Below are positions 25,736 through 39,075 of a DNA stretch of 64,000 bases, piece by piece. The stretch spans positions 30,134,001-30,198,000 of the forward strand of contig NC_045696.1 of assembly GCF_009834535.1 (NCBI RefSeq), read 5' to 3'. The first letter of the stretch is position 1; each line of letters starts with the position of its first letter. This DNA comes from Camelus ferus. Lineage: Eukaryota. The notes under the pieces are model-generated. The model did not search any database and had not been told where the DNA came from. It saw only the letters and a list, made by a program, of their open reading frames with translations. The position numbers were made by a program, and so were the translations under genes.

Positions 25736-27094
25736 AGATTTATCTAGAAGTGGTGTTGAAAAGCACTTGAATTGAGTTGAAATTATTGGCAGTAAGGCAA
25801 GTTGGGAGATAATTAAAATATCCAGGTTAAATATGATAAAGATTTGAGCCAAGGACATTCCTGTGAAGGGAAGAGAAACCAATGCTTTGGCATAAAATTT
25901 GGTGAATGTCTTTTAATCATGTGACCTTGAATGTTGAAACGCCATAAAATGAACTGAAGCAATGCTTGATGAAAAATTATTACCCTATGTACAAAAATAA
26001 TCCAGTGAAATTTTAAAATTAAGCTAATTAAAACGTTTTTATGTGTTTCCACTGTCATAGAAGCACTTTTATTTTGGCTCATTCAATTATTTTATATATT
26101 CTGCAAAATGGCTGTTACTATTTCCATCCTCTATATGAGGCAGAGATATATTCCAGTATAATTTTGGAACTTTTTCATAGAAAATGTGTATAGGTGCAAA
26201 GGCATTATTTGACTTTATTTGTCAGTAGGTTATAAAATATTCATGTACAATATTTCATTTATTCTGATAATGTGAGAATGGTTTTCATGCTTATTGCAAA
26301 TGCTTATTCTGAAATAAAATATTTTCTTCCTCTTACATATGTATTATACAACAAAAAGATTTTAAGTGGTACAACAGTACTAGTTGAAAATGATTCAAAT
26401 CAGACACATGCCGTGCTACAAGCCAAACACTTTCTTTTTTTTAATTTAAAATTGTTTTCTCATAGAATAAGTAATATTTTACCCTTGAAGGATTTTCTTT
26501 CTTTCATTTGTGGAAAGACCAGATGGGTCTCACAGGTCATTCACAGTTATGAAAGAAACAAAAAAAAAATCTCTCTTCAGAGGTGAGATATCCTTTATTT
26601 TTCATGAGAAAACAAATTATTTGCTTGGATGGAAACCTTTTGTATAGCAGTGTAGTTGCTGATATCTGTGGGGTGTCTTGGAAAATGAGATGCTCTGTCT
26701 CAAGGAATTATAACTTCTCCTTGAGCATAAAATCTGAATAAATAAATGGGAGCAGACCTTGGAGTTTCTTGCAGAGAAGAGATACATGAAACACAGCTGG
26801 GAAATCAGGACTAAACCTCAAATGATAGTGAGTGAACATGATAAAATTATTTAGCAGTGGGGTTAGGCTTTTTTTTAATGTTATGTATACTTTAGACAGT
26901 TTTCTACACTTTTTTCATAAAGATTTTTATTCTCCCTTGTCTCTAAAGGCAGATTATATGTATATAAAGCTAATAAATGTTTAATAAATAAAAAATATAA
27001 TCATCTTTAGCTACCTTATTTTTGTTTATTTAATTGGATTAATAATACTGTGCCAAGTGATCTATGCAATAGGAGGTAAGTGACTTATCCAACA

Positions 27095-27455
27095 ACTCAC
27101 TCAACAAGTATTTACTGAATACTGACTTTGAGTCAAACTCTGTTCTTGATGCTGTGGACAGAGCAATAACTGAAATAACTAAACTGTGTTTTATCTTGGA
27201 GTTAGAAACTCGTAGAGGTAAAAAAGTATAAACAAATAAATATACAATAAGTCAGTTTGTGAAGAAATATTTGGTTGTCCAGGAATGCCTCTCTGAAAAG
27301 GTAATAAAGTTTGAATAAAAACTTTAGGGAAGGGATAGAGCAAGCCATGCAGGATCAGGAAGAAGGGTGTCCAAGGTAGAGGAAAAGCAAGTGCAAAGGC
27401 CCTGAGGGCAAAAGTGTTTGGTGTGCTCATGGAACATCATGGAAGTGAATGAGGC
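27095..27455 (-). mobile_element. L2 3' end
   Basis: CACTCAACAAGTATTTACTGAATAC...GGAAAAGCAAGTGCAAAGGCCCTGAGG. Confidence 0.8.
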
Positions 27456-27874
27456 AATATTAAATTTTGATGCCAAGTTTATACTTCTGTAGAAGATGAG
27501 GGAGACTAGTTCTTATGTAATTTAATATAAATGTTATAAAATTTCAAATATCAAATTCTTCTTCTCCATGATACTGATTTAATTCTTAACTGATGGTACT
27601 TATTATGTAAATGAATTTTGTTTGTCAGATTTGTGGTAATTTGAGGAACTTAAGGTAACATAAAAACTTAAGATTTTTCTTGTTTATCTCCTCTTCCATA
27701 TATTACCCAGTATTAGAGCAGGATTTAACACTGAAATGTTCCAAAGGAATGAAAATAAGGGGATAAGAGCATGACCAGTTTTAGAAACTAAGTTCATGTC
27801 ATGCCTGTGCCTGCAATATCAAGATTTTGATCAAAAATAGTTCACTTGGAGCCAGATTAGAAAATATAGTTGGA

Positions 27875-28650
27875 TGTTGTGATTTTTAATAATTATATGT
27901 ATGTCTTCATTCACTTCTGGCACAGAGCTTCTAAACCCTTGGAATTTCCTAAGTGATGAGAGCATAAGGGGTCTTTGTTATGTTAATGGAGTAACTTTTG
28001 GCTGGCTGCCAGGATAACCAATCACGTGATTGAAGGCTTGGAACTTTTAGTCTTACCCTGTCTGACCTCTAGAAAGTGGAGAGGGGCTGGAGATTGAATT
28101 GATGGCCAATGGCCGATGATTCAATCAATTGTGCCTATGTTAGGAAGCCTCCATAAAACCCCAATAGGATGGGGTTCAAAGAGCTTCCAGATTGGTGAAC
28201 ACATGTGGATTTGGGGAGTGGTGCACTCAGAGAAGGCATGGAAGCTCTGTGCCCCTTCTCCATATCTTGCCCTATGCATCTTTTCCATTTGGCTATTTTG
28301 AGTTATATTCTTTTCATAATAAACTGATAATCTAGTAAGCAAAATGTTTCTCTAAATTTTGTGAGCTGCTCTAGGAAATTAATGAAACCCAAGGAGGGGG
28401 TCATTGGAACCCCTAGTCGTTAGCTAGTGAGCCCAAAGTACAGGTGGTAACCTAGACTTGCAACTGGCATCTAAAGTTGGGGTGGAGTGAGGTGGGGCAG
28501 TCTTGTAGGACTGAGGTCTTCACCTATGGAATCTGATGCTATCTCCAGGTAGTGTCAAAATTGAATTGAATTTTAGGGCACACAGCTGATGTCCTAGAAT
28601 TGCTTGTTCATGTGGGAAAACTCTCTCCTTTGCACTCTGTAACTGGTACA
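27875..28650 (+). mobile_element. MER21-family ERVL solo LTR
   Basis: TTCTGGCACAGAGCTTCTAAACCCTTGGAATTTCCTAAGTGAT...GAGGGGCTGGAGATTG...CTCCATAAAACCC...AATAAA...GTGTCAAAATTGAATTGAA follows MER21B/C as recalled. Confidence 0.85.
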
Positions 28651-29449
28651 GAATCATAATAGAGAAAGCTTAATAAAATATTGTTTTCCTGAGAAAGGAG
28701 TACAGTATCACAGCAAGTGAGTAGAGGAGAACTTAACCATGTAGTTTGAAGGACCAAGGAGAGTATTAGGACTGGCAGTGTGATAGAGAACATTCCTCCT
28801 GGATCATCATTGGCCCTTTAAGATAAGCATGTTGACAACAGTAATGGGAGGAAGACCATTAGCGCATGAGGGCAGGGAATTTTCTACAGACACAGACAAA
28901 CCATGTTCTGCACTGGGAGCGAAGTCAATAAAAGCACACATTCCTAGCATGGAGTCTTGTACAGACAGAGAGGTGCAACATACAAAGAAGACATTTTCCT
29001 GCTGACAGTACAGTCCCCCAAGCCCCCAACCATTGCAAAAGTTACTTAAACCGATACCAGTGTGTCTCTAGGAAGATCTGAGAGGAATCTAACCAAATCT
29101 GGGATAAATGTAAGGACATCTAAAGAATACCTACTCATTCTAGTTTTAGAAAACACCAGATTTAGATAGAATCACATTGTTCAATGAGTAAAAACGGAAC
29201 ATTTGGGAAAAAAGATTACTACATAGTTTTTAAAAACTTAATTATCCACTACTTGTGTCTTGAAGCACTGTGCCCCACCCCCCCTTCCTGGTTTCCATAG
29301 CCCACCATTAGGGGCAGGAACCTTAGGTTATTACATTTCTTCAACCCCTGAAAACAGTGCCGGTCTCTTCAATGTTCAATAAATATACAGAAAATATGTG
29401 AATGAATCTATTTGACTTTTCCTTTAAAAATTACCATTGTAATTTCTTC

Positions 29450-30490
29450 TTAATCTGCCCAGCCCCAAATATGACTTATGTCCTGCGCCTTCTTTATTCA
29501 CACTCCTCAGTCATCCTACTAACAAATCTGGTAATGATATCACTGATGTTTGGATCCTCTAAGTATCCATATTTTCAACTGTTTGCTTGACATGTCTACC
29601 TGAGCATCAAAGCCTCAAATTCAGCATCTCTGAAACCGAGCTCACTGTTTTTCTTGTTAAGTCTGATCATCCTCCTACATCACTTGTCTCAGCCAACAGT
29701 GATTTTATTTGCCCAGTTGCCCAAACTCAAAACCGTGTCTTCATTCTTGGTTTATTTCTCTCTCTCTTCTGCATCTCAACAACAACACATTTTTTTCTAA
29801 ACTGAAAAGTAAGCTCTCCAATCCATGCACTTCTTTCTGTCCCCACTGTCATCAACCTAGCTCAAGTCATCATAGTCTCTTACTTGAATCACTGCTTCAG
29901 TTTTCTAACTGGCTGACTGACTCCCAATGCAATCTCTCCCAAATGTGAATCTGCTCACGGTTACTTGCCTATTTAAAAGTCTTTTTGTGGTCCCATTGCC
30001 TTTGGGATGAAATTCAAAGTTCTTGTTATGACTTTAAAAATCCTGTGTGAACGTTCTCATATTTCTCTAGTCTCATTTGTCTCCACTTCACTTCTAGAAA
30101 AATTTGTTACAGAAACTGAGGGTTTTTTTTTTTTTTAACTTTCTTGAATACAGTGCTATTCTCTCTCCCCACTGCATCTCTGAACATGAGATTCTCTTTG
30201 AGAAACAGTTCTCTTTTTTTCCTGTTTTCTTTCCTAATCCTTCCCCTGAGCTAAGATCTCCAAGTCTTAGTTTTGGTATCACTTGATTTGGGCATCTTTT
30301 TATGTTCAGAAAATCTGGGTTAGGGTCTCATCCCAAGCCTTGCTGCATTTCTGTTCACACACTCATCAGACTGTCTGTTGATGTGCCTGGATTTCCTACC
30401 AGAATGTAATATTTGCGAGGTTAGAAGTCTGTTCTTGTTGACTGGTAAAGTGCACATACATTGTAAGTGATCTATGACTAGCATTAAATA
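29450..30490 (+). mobile_element. L2 LINE remnant
   Basis: AGCCTCAAATTCAGCATCTCTGAAACCGAGCTC...CCCAGTTGCCCAAACTCAAAACC...AAATTCAAAGTTCTT. Confidence 0.75.
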
Positions 30491-30615
30491 TATGCTTGTT
30501 CAAAGATCTGTACAGCAAAATATTAACTGTTTACCCTTGTGTAGTCTGGGTAAAGATTTTATAATATCCTGCTTTATACTTTTCTATTTGAATTAAGTGT
30601 TTTTAATTAACATAT

Positions 30616-31200
30616 TGTGCTGGTTAGTTTTTTTTTTTTTTAATGTTAACACATTGATTGGGCTAAGGGATACCTAAATAGTTGACAAAATATTATTTCT
30701 GGGTTTGTCTGTGAAGGTGTTTCTGGATGAGATTAGCACTTGAATTGGTAGACTAAGTGAAAAAGATCTCCCTCACCAATGTGGATGGACATCATCCAAT
30801 ATGTTGAGGGCTTGAATAGAACAAAAGGGTGGAGGAAGAGTAAATTTGCTCTCTATTTGTGCTGGGACATATGCCTTATCTTGTCCTTGAATACTGGCAC
30901 CCTTGGTTCTCAGACCTTCAAACTTAGGCTGAATTATGTCATTGATTCTTTGACTTGCAGGGGACAGATCATGGGACTTCTTGATAATAACCCTGCATAA
31001 TCTTATGGGCCAATTCCTAAAACAAATCTCTCCCCCTCTGTATGTATCTGTGTCTCTGTGTCTCTTGCCTCCGTCTCTCTGTCTATATATATACATATCA
31101 GCTAACTGAATATAATTATATATGTATATTAGATTTCTCTGTAAAACAACTTTATATATATCCTAGTGGTTCCATTTCTCTGGAGCGCCTTAACTAATAT
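30616..31200 (+). mobile_element. MLT2B-like ERVL solo LTR
   Basis: GGGCTAAGGGATACCTAAATAG...ATTATTTCTGGG...GGATGAGATTAGCACTTGAATTGGTAGACT...GTTGAGGGCTTGAATAGAACAAAAG...CTCTGGAG..CCTTAACTAATA. Confidence 0.9.
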
Positions 31201-33529
31201 GTGGGTATTATGTTTCTTAAGTATTGATTAACATAAACATAGCATTTCCACATGCTTCAGATTTTTAATGTACAAATGAGAAGAAGCAGACTACGATTAT
31301 TTGTTTTTATACCTATGTGAGCTAGTCATATTTTTTAAAACATAATTTACTATTCTTACTTACAGCCTAATTTTAAAATATTTATGACAATTCTTTGAGC
31401 TGCAAGGGATATACCTTGCATGAGTACAAAAAATAGCATATTATAGTACTCTTTCCTTAACTAAGTTTTTGAATGCTATATAAAATAAAAGTAAAAATTA
31501 AACATATGCATTCTTTGAAGGCTATCATAGAAGTATGCTTCATCAATTTACTAGTCTGAAATATATCTCAATGTCCCATTTTCTCCTTCTCCAAGCCCCA
31601 TCTAATAATAAAGGTATACTCATTGAAAACTTACCTATCCTGTAACTTTACTCCTCTTGGGTTATTCATTTTTTTAGGATTATATGATTTTAAAATTTAC
31701 CTTAATTTTGAACCTCCTTGTATTGTCTAACAACAAGTTTAATGCTGCCCAATAAATACTTGATAACTGGATAAACTATCAATAAAATATTGCTAGCTGA
31801 CAAGTATATTCTTAATCAAATAGCAAAATGAATTTATACAGCATCATTGACCATATGCTCAACATGTTTTATCCTTAAAAGTATTGGCAGTATCTGTAAT
31901 GTTAGATTAGTTAACCTCTCTGCAAAACAATTATTTAGTTATAAAATAAAGATAATTACTTTCCTACCTTATATTTCTTATAAGGATTAAATGAGGTGAT
32001 ACATTTGAAATATTTATGTTGTACCTAATAAGCACTCAATAAATATCATTTCAAAGTGATTAGAAATATCTTGCCCATTTTTCCCATCCAGAGCATTTGT
32101 GTGTATTGTTTTCTTTTTCCTGTTTTGTGGAATAATCTTCACTGTGTAATATCATGTCAGTCTCTTCTCCACCGAATCTACATGGGTTTAATATTCCTCT
32201 CATATTTTATTTGAGCTTTCTGATGTCTTAGAAGGAGTTAGCACCTATCATTCCTGATTTATGAAGAAGCTGGTATTAACCAAGTTTTTCAGTTTTCAAT
32301 CATGACTGCTTTAAATCATTTTGTTCAGAAAATATCTGAAAACTTCATGTTAGAAAGAATTCTAGAGGTGATTAGGCACAATATTAACTCTTTCAGTGGA
32401 GTAGGGTACCATTTGGGAAAGTATCTCTGTAGTGATTTAACTGGTGCTCTAGACTGAGAACATTGATGTATCTTCACAAATGTCTTACTTTGTCTGGGAG
32501 AATTCATGAGAATAAATTTTCCAACTAATAAAGATGTGGGGTTCATATACTTACACACTTGCAGTATCTCACTTCTCAAAATAAGCAGAATAACTGACTC
32601 TAGTCAGGTTTGAAAGCCCATCGGTATGATGTATCTCCACATTAGAACGTATGGCTGTAGAGCACCAGGCAAGCTAGAGTGACACAGTTCTACAATGATA
32701 CCAGTAATTATGCAGGTTAAACTAGTTTGTTACATAAATGCCAAAACCCAATTTTTTAGCACATATAACTTCATTTTACTTATTTCAAAGTCAGAGTCAT
32801 AGAGGACATCATGAACATGTAATAAAAGGCTTTAAAAAGTTCAGTTGTTTGCTAGCTACCTATGACACGCTTCAACAACTTGAAAAGGAAGACTGCTGAC
32901 AGAGCAGAGAATATGGGTACACTTCTTTTCAAACAATAACCCACAAATGAAAGAAGAAACTAAAAATTCAGCCAGAAATAAACCCCTGATTGTTCTCCTG
33001 TCAGCCTGTCACCTACATGAAACAGCTGCTAAGGCAGATCGACACCACAGCTGTTGCTACTGAAAGTACTAATGCTAAAGCTTCTCACAAAGACTTTTAT
33101 TTTCATTAATGTAAGACTGTGCTGACATGTTCCATCAATCCAGTGGCACTGCCCATCTCAGTTAGGCTCTCCACAAGGCCTCCGTTGGCTTCAGAGTTTT
33201 GTCCAGTTTAGCATTCTTACCATTTTGCTAATATATTACAAATCAAGCTACACTCTTCCCCACTTTGTGTACTACGTCAGTGAAGAATATTTTAAAAATC
33301 GTTCAGATCGGCTATTCTTAGACACAGGATTCCTCCACATGTTAGTCCATGGATAAAAGTAGGAAAACAGCTAATCCTGCAAGTACTTTCCAAAGAAAGA
33401 GACACAGTGAAGAGAAATACCCAAAACAAACAAACTGAACAATCAAATAGGAGGTATAAAAGAGGAAGAATTCAGATCCCAGCTCTTATGACTCTTGGAG
33501 GTCCCATATCTCAGTTTCTTTGTTGGTAC

Positions 33530-33820
33530 AGCTCCCTGGGCCTGGGATGCCCTCCCATCCCTTTTCCACGTGGTTACTTCTAATCATTCCTTAACATTCT
33601 TGCCATATAATATCACATCTTGCAGGTTCCCTTGGGCAGAGTTAAATAGTCCCTTTTCTACTTGTTACTAACTTCGCATATATTCTTCCATGTAACACTT
33701 CTCATGTGGTAGTATAAAAGCCACTGTCCTGTGAACTTCTGAGGGCATGAGCTTGCTTTCTTCATTTTAGTACCTGGAATTTAACCTATGCTCAATAAAT
33801 ATTTTGTGAATGAATGAATA
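33530..33820 (+). mobile_element. L2 3' end
   Basis: Ends GCTCAATAAATATTTTGTGAATGAATGAAT. Confidence 0.75.
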
Positions 33821-34642
33821 AGACCCATCATCCCAATGGAAATTAGCCCAAGATGACATTGTTATTTTCTGGAACTTGAACTGAACTGTATAACCTGATA
33901 CAGGAAAGATTTTTTTCTACTGAAAGTAGCAGATTTGGAGCAAAGCTATTACAGAAAACATACAAGTCAAATTGGTATCCTATGTTAAAGAATTGGTGCC
34001 TCTTTATTTTTCATACGTAAAATGGAATAAGTTTTGCACATAATAGTTTTACCATGGATTTATAAAAACTAAATTATGTTCAGAATATAGACCAGGATAG
34101 AGAGAGGACATGAAAATATATCATCACAAGAATATTTGATGTCACTTATTAACTTTAACATTGAGAAAAGATGTTGCAGAGAAGGGAAAGACTGGAAAAA
34201 AGACCAAAGGGTGAAAAAGAAAAAAAAAAAAAAAACAACAAAACACTGAAAGACACTGTTCAACTGAAGACTTCACAATGAATATGTTAGTAATTAATGA
34301 AATCCAAAGATAGAATGAGGTATTCTAGAAAATAGCAAATTATTTATCAGTGAAGATATTCAAACCCTTGGTAGGGGGAATTCAGTCATTAAATGGACTG
34401 TAAGACCAGCTTAATTTTAGACCTTTTCTTTCTCTAAATTCCATAATGCTAATATTCTGGTTACCAAAATTAGGGTAAGACTTTAATGCTTCAATTTTAC
34501 AGCATATTTTAGCTTTTCTTTTTTTTTTCTATTGTAGTGTTTTAAGGAGACATTATTAACACTTCCTTTCATAAAATCAGTTCAGCTGTGGGAAATCCCA
34601 GGCTTATATACAGTTCCCTGGATTGGAATTTAAGATAAAATT

Positions 34643-34815
34643 TACTATATACCACAGGGAACTAAGTTCGATATCTTGTAGTGGCTTACAGTGAAAAAGA
34701 ATATGAAAATGAATATATGTATATCCATGTACCATTGAAGCACTGTGCTGTACACCAGAAATTGACACAACATTGTAAAGTGGCTATACCTCAATAAAAA
34801 AAGTTAAAAAAAAAT
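34643..34815 (+). mobile_element. Short 5'-truncated lineage-specific L1 3' end
   Basis: CACAGGGAACTAAGTTCGATATCTTGTAG...TGCTGTACACCAGAAATTGACACAACATTGTAA...TCAATAAAAAAA; flanks AAGATAAAATT/AAAATAAAATT resemble a TSD. Confidence 0.85.
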
Positions 34816-34989
34816 AAAATTGCTATAGATGTTAACTCAGTGTTTTTCATAATGTGGGATTTATCACTTTTGTAGTTAGTGCATAACTCTAACTAATATC
34901 TCAAACTCTTTGTCTACAAATGGCAAATTACTATTATTTCTGGCATCTTCCAACCTTGAAATGAATGGTCTCATCACTTTATTGTACAG

Positions 34990-35375
34990 ACAGTCCTTAC
35001 CATTCAAAATAGCAAGAAAAGAAATAAAATGCATCTGGATTGGAAGAAAGTACTAAAACTGTCTTCATTCTGTCTATTTAGAAGTCCAACGATATATACA
35101 AAAAAGCTGTTAGACATAATAAGCGAGATGAGCAAATTGGCAAAATATTGTACCATATATGAAAGTATTAAAAATATAAAGTAGCTATATATCTGAAAAA
35201 TATGTGTAGAGCCTTTATACTGAAAACTGTAAAAGATAACTGAGAGAAAGTGAAAAAGAGCTAAATTACAGAAGAGAAAGCCATGTTCACAGAGAGAACA
35301 CTCAGCATTGCCAAAATGCCAATTATCAATGCAATTCCAATCAAAATCCTGGTAAATTTTTTTTATAAATTGACA
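34990..35375 (+). mobile_element. Old L1 ORF2 (RT region) remnant
   Basis: GCAAGAAAAGAAATAAAATGCATCTGGATTGGAAG...TGCAATTCCAATCAAAATCC. Confidence 0.75.
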
Positions 35376-35449
35376 ATATACATAAAATATACAGTTACTT
35401 TAATACAATAGCTAATTAAATCTCTCTCTATATATATATGTATCTTTTT

Positions 35450-35890
35450 TCTAAACAGGCTTTCTTAATTTACCTTGTCTCTACTGAGTTTTGAAAATAA
35501 GTTGTTTATATCATATCTGTCAGATTTGATTTTAGTATTTTTCAAGCTTTGTTAAAAAGCTATGTGAGAAAAATGGTTTCTATTTTATTTTTTTATTTCT
35601 ATGGTTGTTAATGATGATTAACGTTTTATATGTTTGTTTACCACTTGTTTTGTTATTATAAGGGGTATCTTTCTGTCTAAGCTCTGTATTTTTATTCAAC
35701 CTATTAAAATATTTCTCAAGCATTTATATTAGTGCCATTCATATTACAATTTTAAGCTTCTATAATTTTGTAGCAAATATAAGCTATTTAACTTAGTATT
35801 TAAGAAAAGAAAGTTAAAATTTTTCATAGTCATACAATATTTCTTTACAATTTTGCCAATAATATTAGAGCTTAGAAATTCCTTACCTAG
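35450..35890 (-). mobile_element. L1ME-like remnant
   Basis: T-rich decayed L1 text (TGTGAGAAAAATGGTTTCTATT...TTTCTATGGTTGTTAATGATGATT). Confidence 0.5.
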
Positions 35891-36699
35891 AGACTGTCAT
35901 GTGCCTAACAGTACCACATTCTATTTCTCACTTAATAATATAGACAGCAAGTCATCTTGAAGTGGATGGTGCTGTGAAATAATTATATAAGAACTCAGAA
36001 ATCTATTTTTTTCTCTTCTTTACTCACGTTTTTATTATGCTGCCTTAGGTATGGAAGGCTTCATTTATGTGATAACAGGGACATATTTTGGCATACTAAA
36101 ATTATTTAATTTCATTGAGGATATATTGAAGGTGAACAAATTCATTCTGTCTTACTAAATGTGTTATCACTTTTCTTCTTCAAGCAACAAAGCATTATCT
36201 CACTGAGTAAGATTTTTTTCCTCTGTTCTCACTAAAGTTTTAAAAATGTTTTGGTCTAAACAACAGTTCTTACTTAAAGAGGTATGTAGTATATGGGCTC
36301 AATCATTGTTCTTATAAAATGATATGAAAAATCTGTTTGGGTAAGTCCACAATAATAGAAGTTTAATACATGTAGACTGCTACTAAAATAGATAGATTAA
36401 ATTATCAAAAATGAGGAAAATAAATTAGTGAATTCTTGGAGAGAAAGAAATAAAAAGAAATCAGAACAAAATGAGATGCAATTACACTGGACACAAAGGG
36501 AATTGCACAACATTCTTTTCATAGGGCTAGCCAGAAGAGAAACAAACAAACAAACAAAAATGGTAAATCTACCAACAGTTGAAACTAAAAAGGCAGAGAT
36601 TTATAATGTTGCTTATTTTAACTGTGTCATTAAAAACTATTAAAGAGGAAACCTGCAGAATAAAAGGGGAAAAAAATCAAGATGGAAGGGAAAGGAAAG

Positions 36700-37990
36700 G
36701 AATAGAGAAAGCATATTACAAATATACAAATCCTGGGTTAAACGTGTTAGGCACTGGTGATTTTAATTATGAAAAGAGCTGGTAGACTTTGTTTCTTATA
36801 ATCCACTGAGGATCAGTAAGATATCTGAAGAGACTTATAGCTAAAGTAAGAAACAAAAATGTTCTGCTGAAAACTGTGTATTTATTTATCTTTGGTGCCT
36901 ACAACTTAACAAAATAAAATTTTTCTGGTAATTAGAAGAAGATGGATCACTGGATTTTTCAAGGTTAAAAACTTTTGTTATACCAAATAATGGCTTAGGA
37001 ATAGCCATGAAAAATAATAAGTGCAATCAATCTTCATATTAGCAAAACTTTTGACTTCGTTCCACATGACATATTTATCAATATATTGGGAAAATGCAAA
37101 CTGTTCAACTGAACTGTTAGACTCAAACCTAATTGTAGAGTGAGTGTGTAGGTGGCTTATCTAAAACATCATTATCAATAGTTCAGGATGAGACTTTAAG
37201 ACATAGTAAGAAACACTCTATAGAGACTTGGCCCAGTTCTGTTTAACATTTTCATTCATGACCTAGATAACAACATGGAAAATGTACTCTTTAAGGATAG
37301 GTTTAGCATACTAAACCACTGAAAAATATTAGGGGAAAAAAGATCAGAAAAAAATAAAAAATGTTTGGTATAAGTCAATATTTAACAAATACAAATTTAA
37401 AAATAGTTTGTACTAATGATGGCAGTAAAATATTTACTTCCCCAGTGGAACATAAGTTGAAACTATATTAACCCTATAATGCTGTTTATGAAAACCAGGG
37501 ACTGTGTGTGTTAGAATGCAAACATGTATTAAGCCCTCTAGACTCATATTCAGTTGAAGGTTGAACTTAAAACACATTTTGCAAATGTTAGCCACTATAT
37601 ATAAAAATAGAAAAATAGATAAAAAACGAATTTCTTCTGTATAACACAGGAAACACATCTTGTAATAACCTTTAATGAAAAAGAATATGAAAACAAAACA
37701 AAACAAAAACCTCACATTTTGTGAAACTGGAAGCACCAATATAAAAGAATGGAAAATTGTATTTACACACAAAATGTAATCCATTGTTGATACAAGAGTA
37801 TTTGAAGCTGACAATAAAGAAGGGAGTGTTTTAAGAAAATGCTGATTTTTTACTGCTACCAGTAAAGTCAGAATATAATAAAATAGACTTAATTGAGTGG
37901 CTTGATAAGAGTTTTACAATTTAGGTATTAAAGGTAAAGAAGCTTTGTACTCTTTAGTCTAGAAAATTTCAAGAGTAGCATTAGTTCTAT
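36700..37990 (+). mobile_element. L3/CR1 LINE ORF2 relic (interrupted)
   Basis: GDFNY endonuclease motif (end of ORF 36579-36785); RT motifs SKTFDFVPHDIFI (~37040-37080) and LGPVLFNIFIHDLD (~37226-37268). Confidence 0.75.
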
Positions 37991-38057
37991 TTGTATCTAG
38001 GCTAGACTAGGTCTTGAGTTTGCTTCCAGTTTCATAACTCAGGAAAGTCTTAACCCT

Positions 38058-38325
38058 TGTAGTGCAGCAGTTGGAGATGAAAGTCTTTGTGTTATGCAAA
38101 TATATTAAGATTCCAAATCAATTGGTTTTAACTTAATCAAAACAGATATTAATCAAGGAAGATACGTTAAACAAAAATTGAGACCTTTAGGAGAGAGAAG
38201 TCAGAGACCTAAAGCAGCAGAGATTCTTCTTCTGGCTTTCAAGAAGAAAGTGACTATGAGTTCTGCAGTTGCAAGGAAATGAGCCTGCCAGTAACCTGAG
38301 GGAATCTGGAAGCTGATCTTTTCTT
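38058..38325 (+). mobile_element. MLT1E-like MaLR LTR fragment
   Basis: CAAATCAATTGGTTTTAACTTAATCAAAA...GCAAGGAAATGAGCCTGCCAGTAACCTGAGGGAATCTGGAAGCTGATC. Confidence 0.7.
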
Positions 38326-38809
38326 GTGCATTGCTTGCTCCCTGTCTTCACCTCCCACTTTCTTCTTGCCCCTGGTCACAAAATTCCCTGCCATGTATTG
38401 CTGTCAGCAATTTGTCTTAAAAACAGTGGTTTGTCTACCCCTTTGTACTTTGGGGCAGACATCTTAATCAGGATAAATGCCTCAAATTGGCACTCTTTGC
38501 AGATGATCCATTTGGAACATTTTCTTAAATATTTACTATATATCTATGCAGTGAGGGCAGCATGAGTGTCAGAAAGAGTCTTTAAAAATTGTAATAAATT
38601 TCCATTTGAAGATAACATACTTTAATGGAAATGGAAGCACTTTACATTCCACCATATATTCATATAAATGGATTATTGACTCCAGTATACTCACTTATTG
38701 TAATAATGTTTAAATACATAGTATTTGTGAAACCCTGAAGACAGTGCTCTGTTTTTTCCCTGTCTTTGTGGATAGGTGCCTGCTTGGTAGATTCGTTACA
38801 AGGTGAACA

Positions 38810-39075
38810 GTAGAATTAAATAGTGATGAGAACACAGGCTCTGAATTGAAACATATCTCTACTTCTTACTAGTTCTATGAACTAGTAAAAATTGTACATT
38901 ATTTCTCTGTGCCTTAGACAACTTAGCTGTATATTGGAGATAAGAATAGTATTATCTTTAACTTAATTGTTAACTAAATTAGGTAATGTGTATAACATGT
39001 CTTTATAGCAGTTTTTGGACATTGATGCACTCAGTAAATTTTAACTGTTATTAATTATTAACTATTATTATTATT
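38810..39075 (+). mobile_element. MIR SINE
   Basis: GAGAACACAGGCTCTG...CTACTTCTTACTAG...CTCTGTGCC...GCACTCAGTAAATTTTAACTGTTATT. Confidence 0.7.

Noticed and set aside
30773..31096. 107-aa minus-strand ORF
   Set aside because: Entirely inside the MLT2 LTR.
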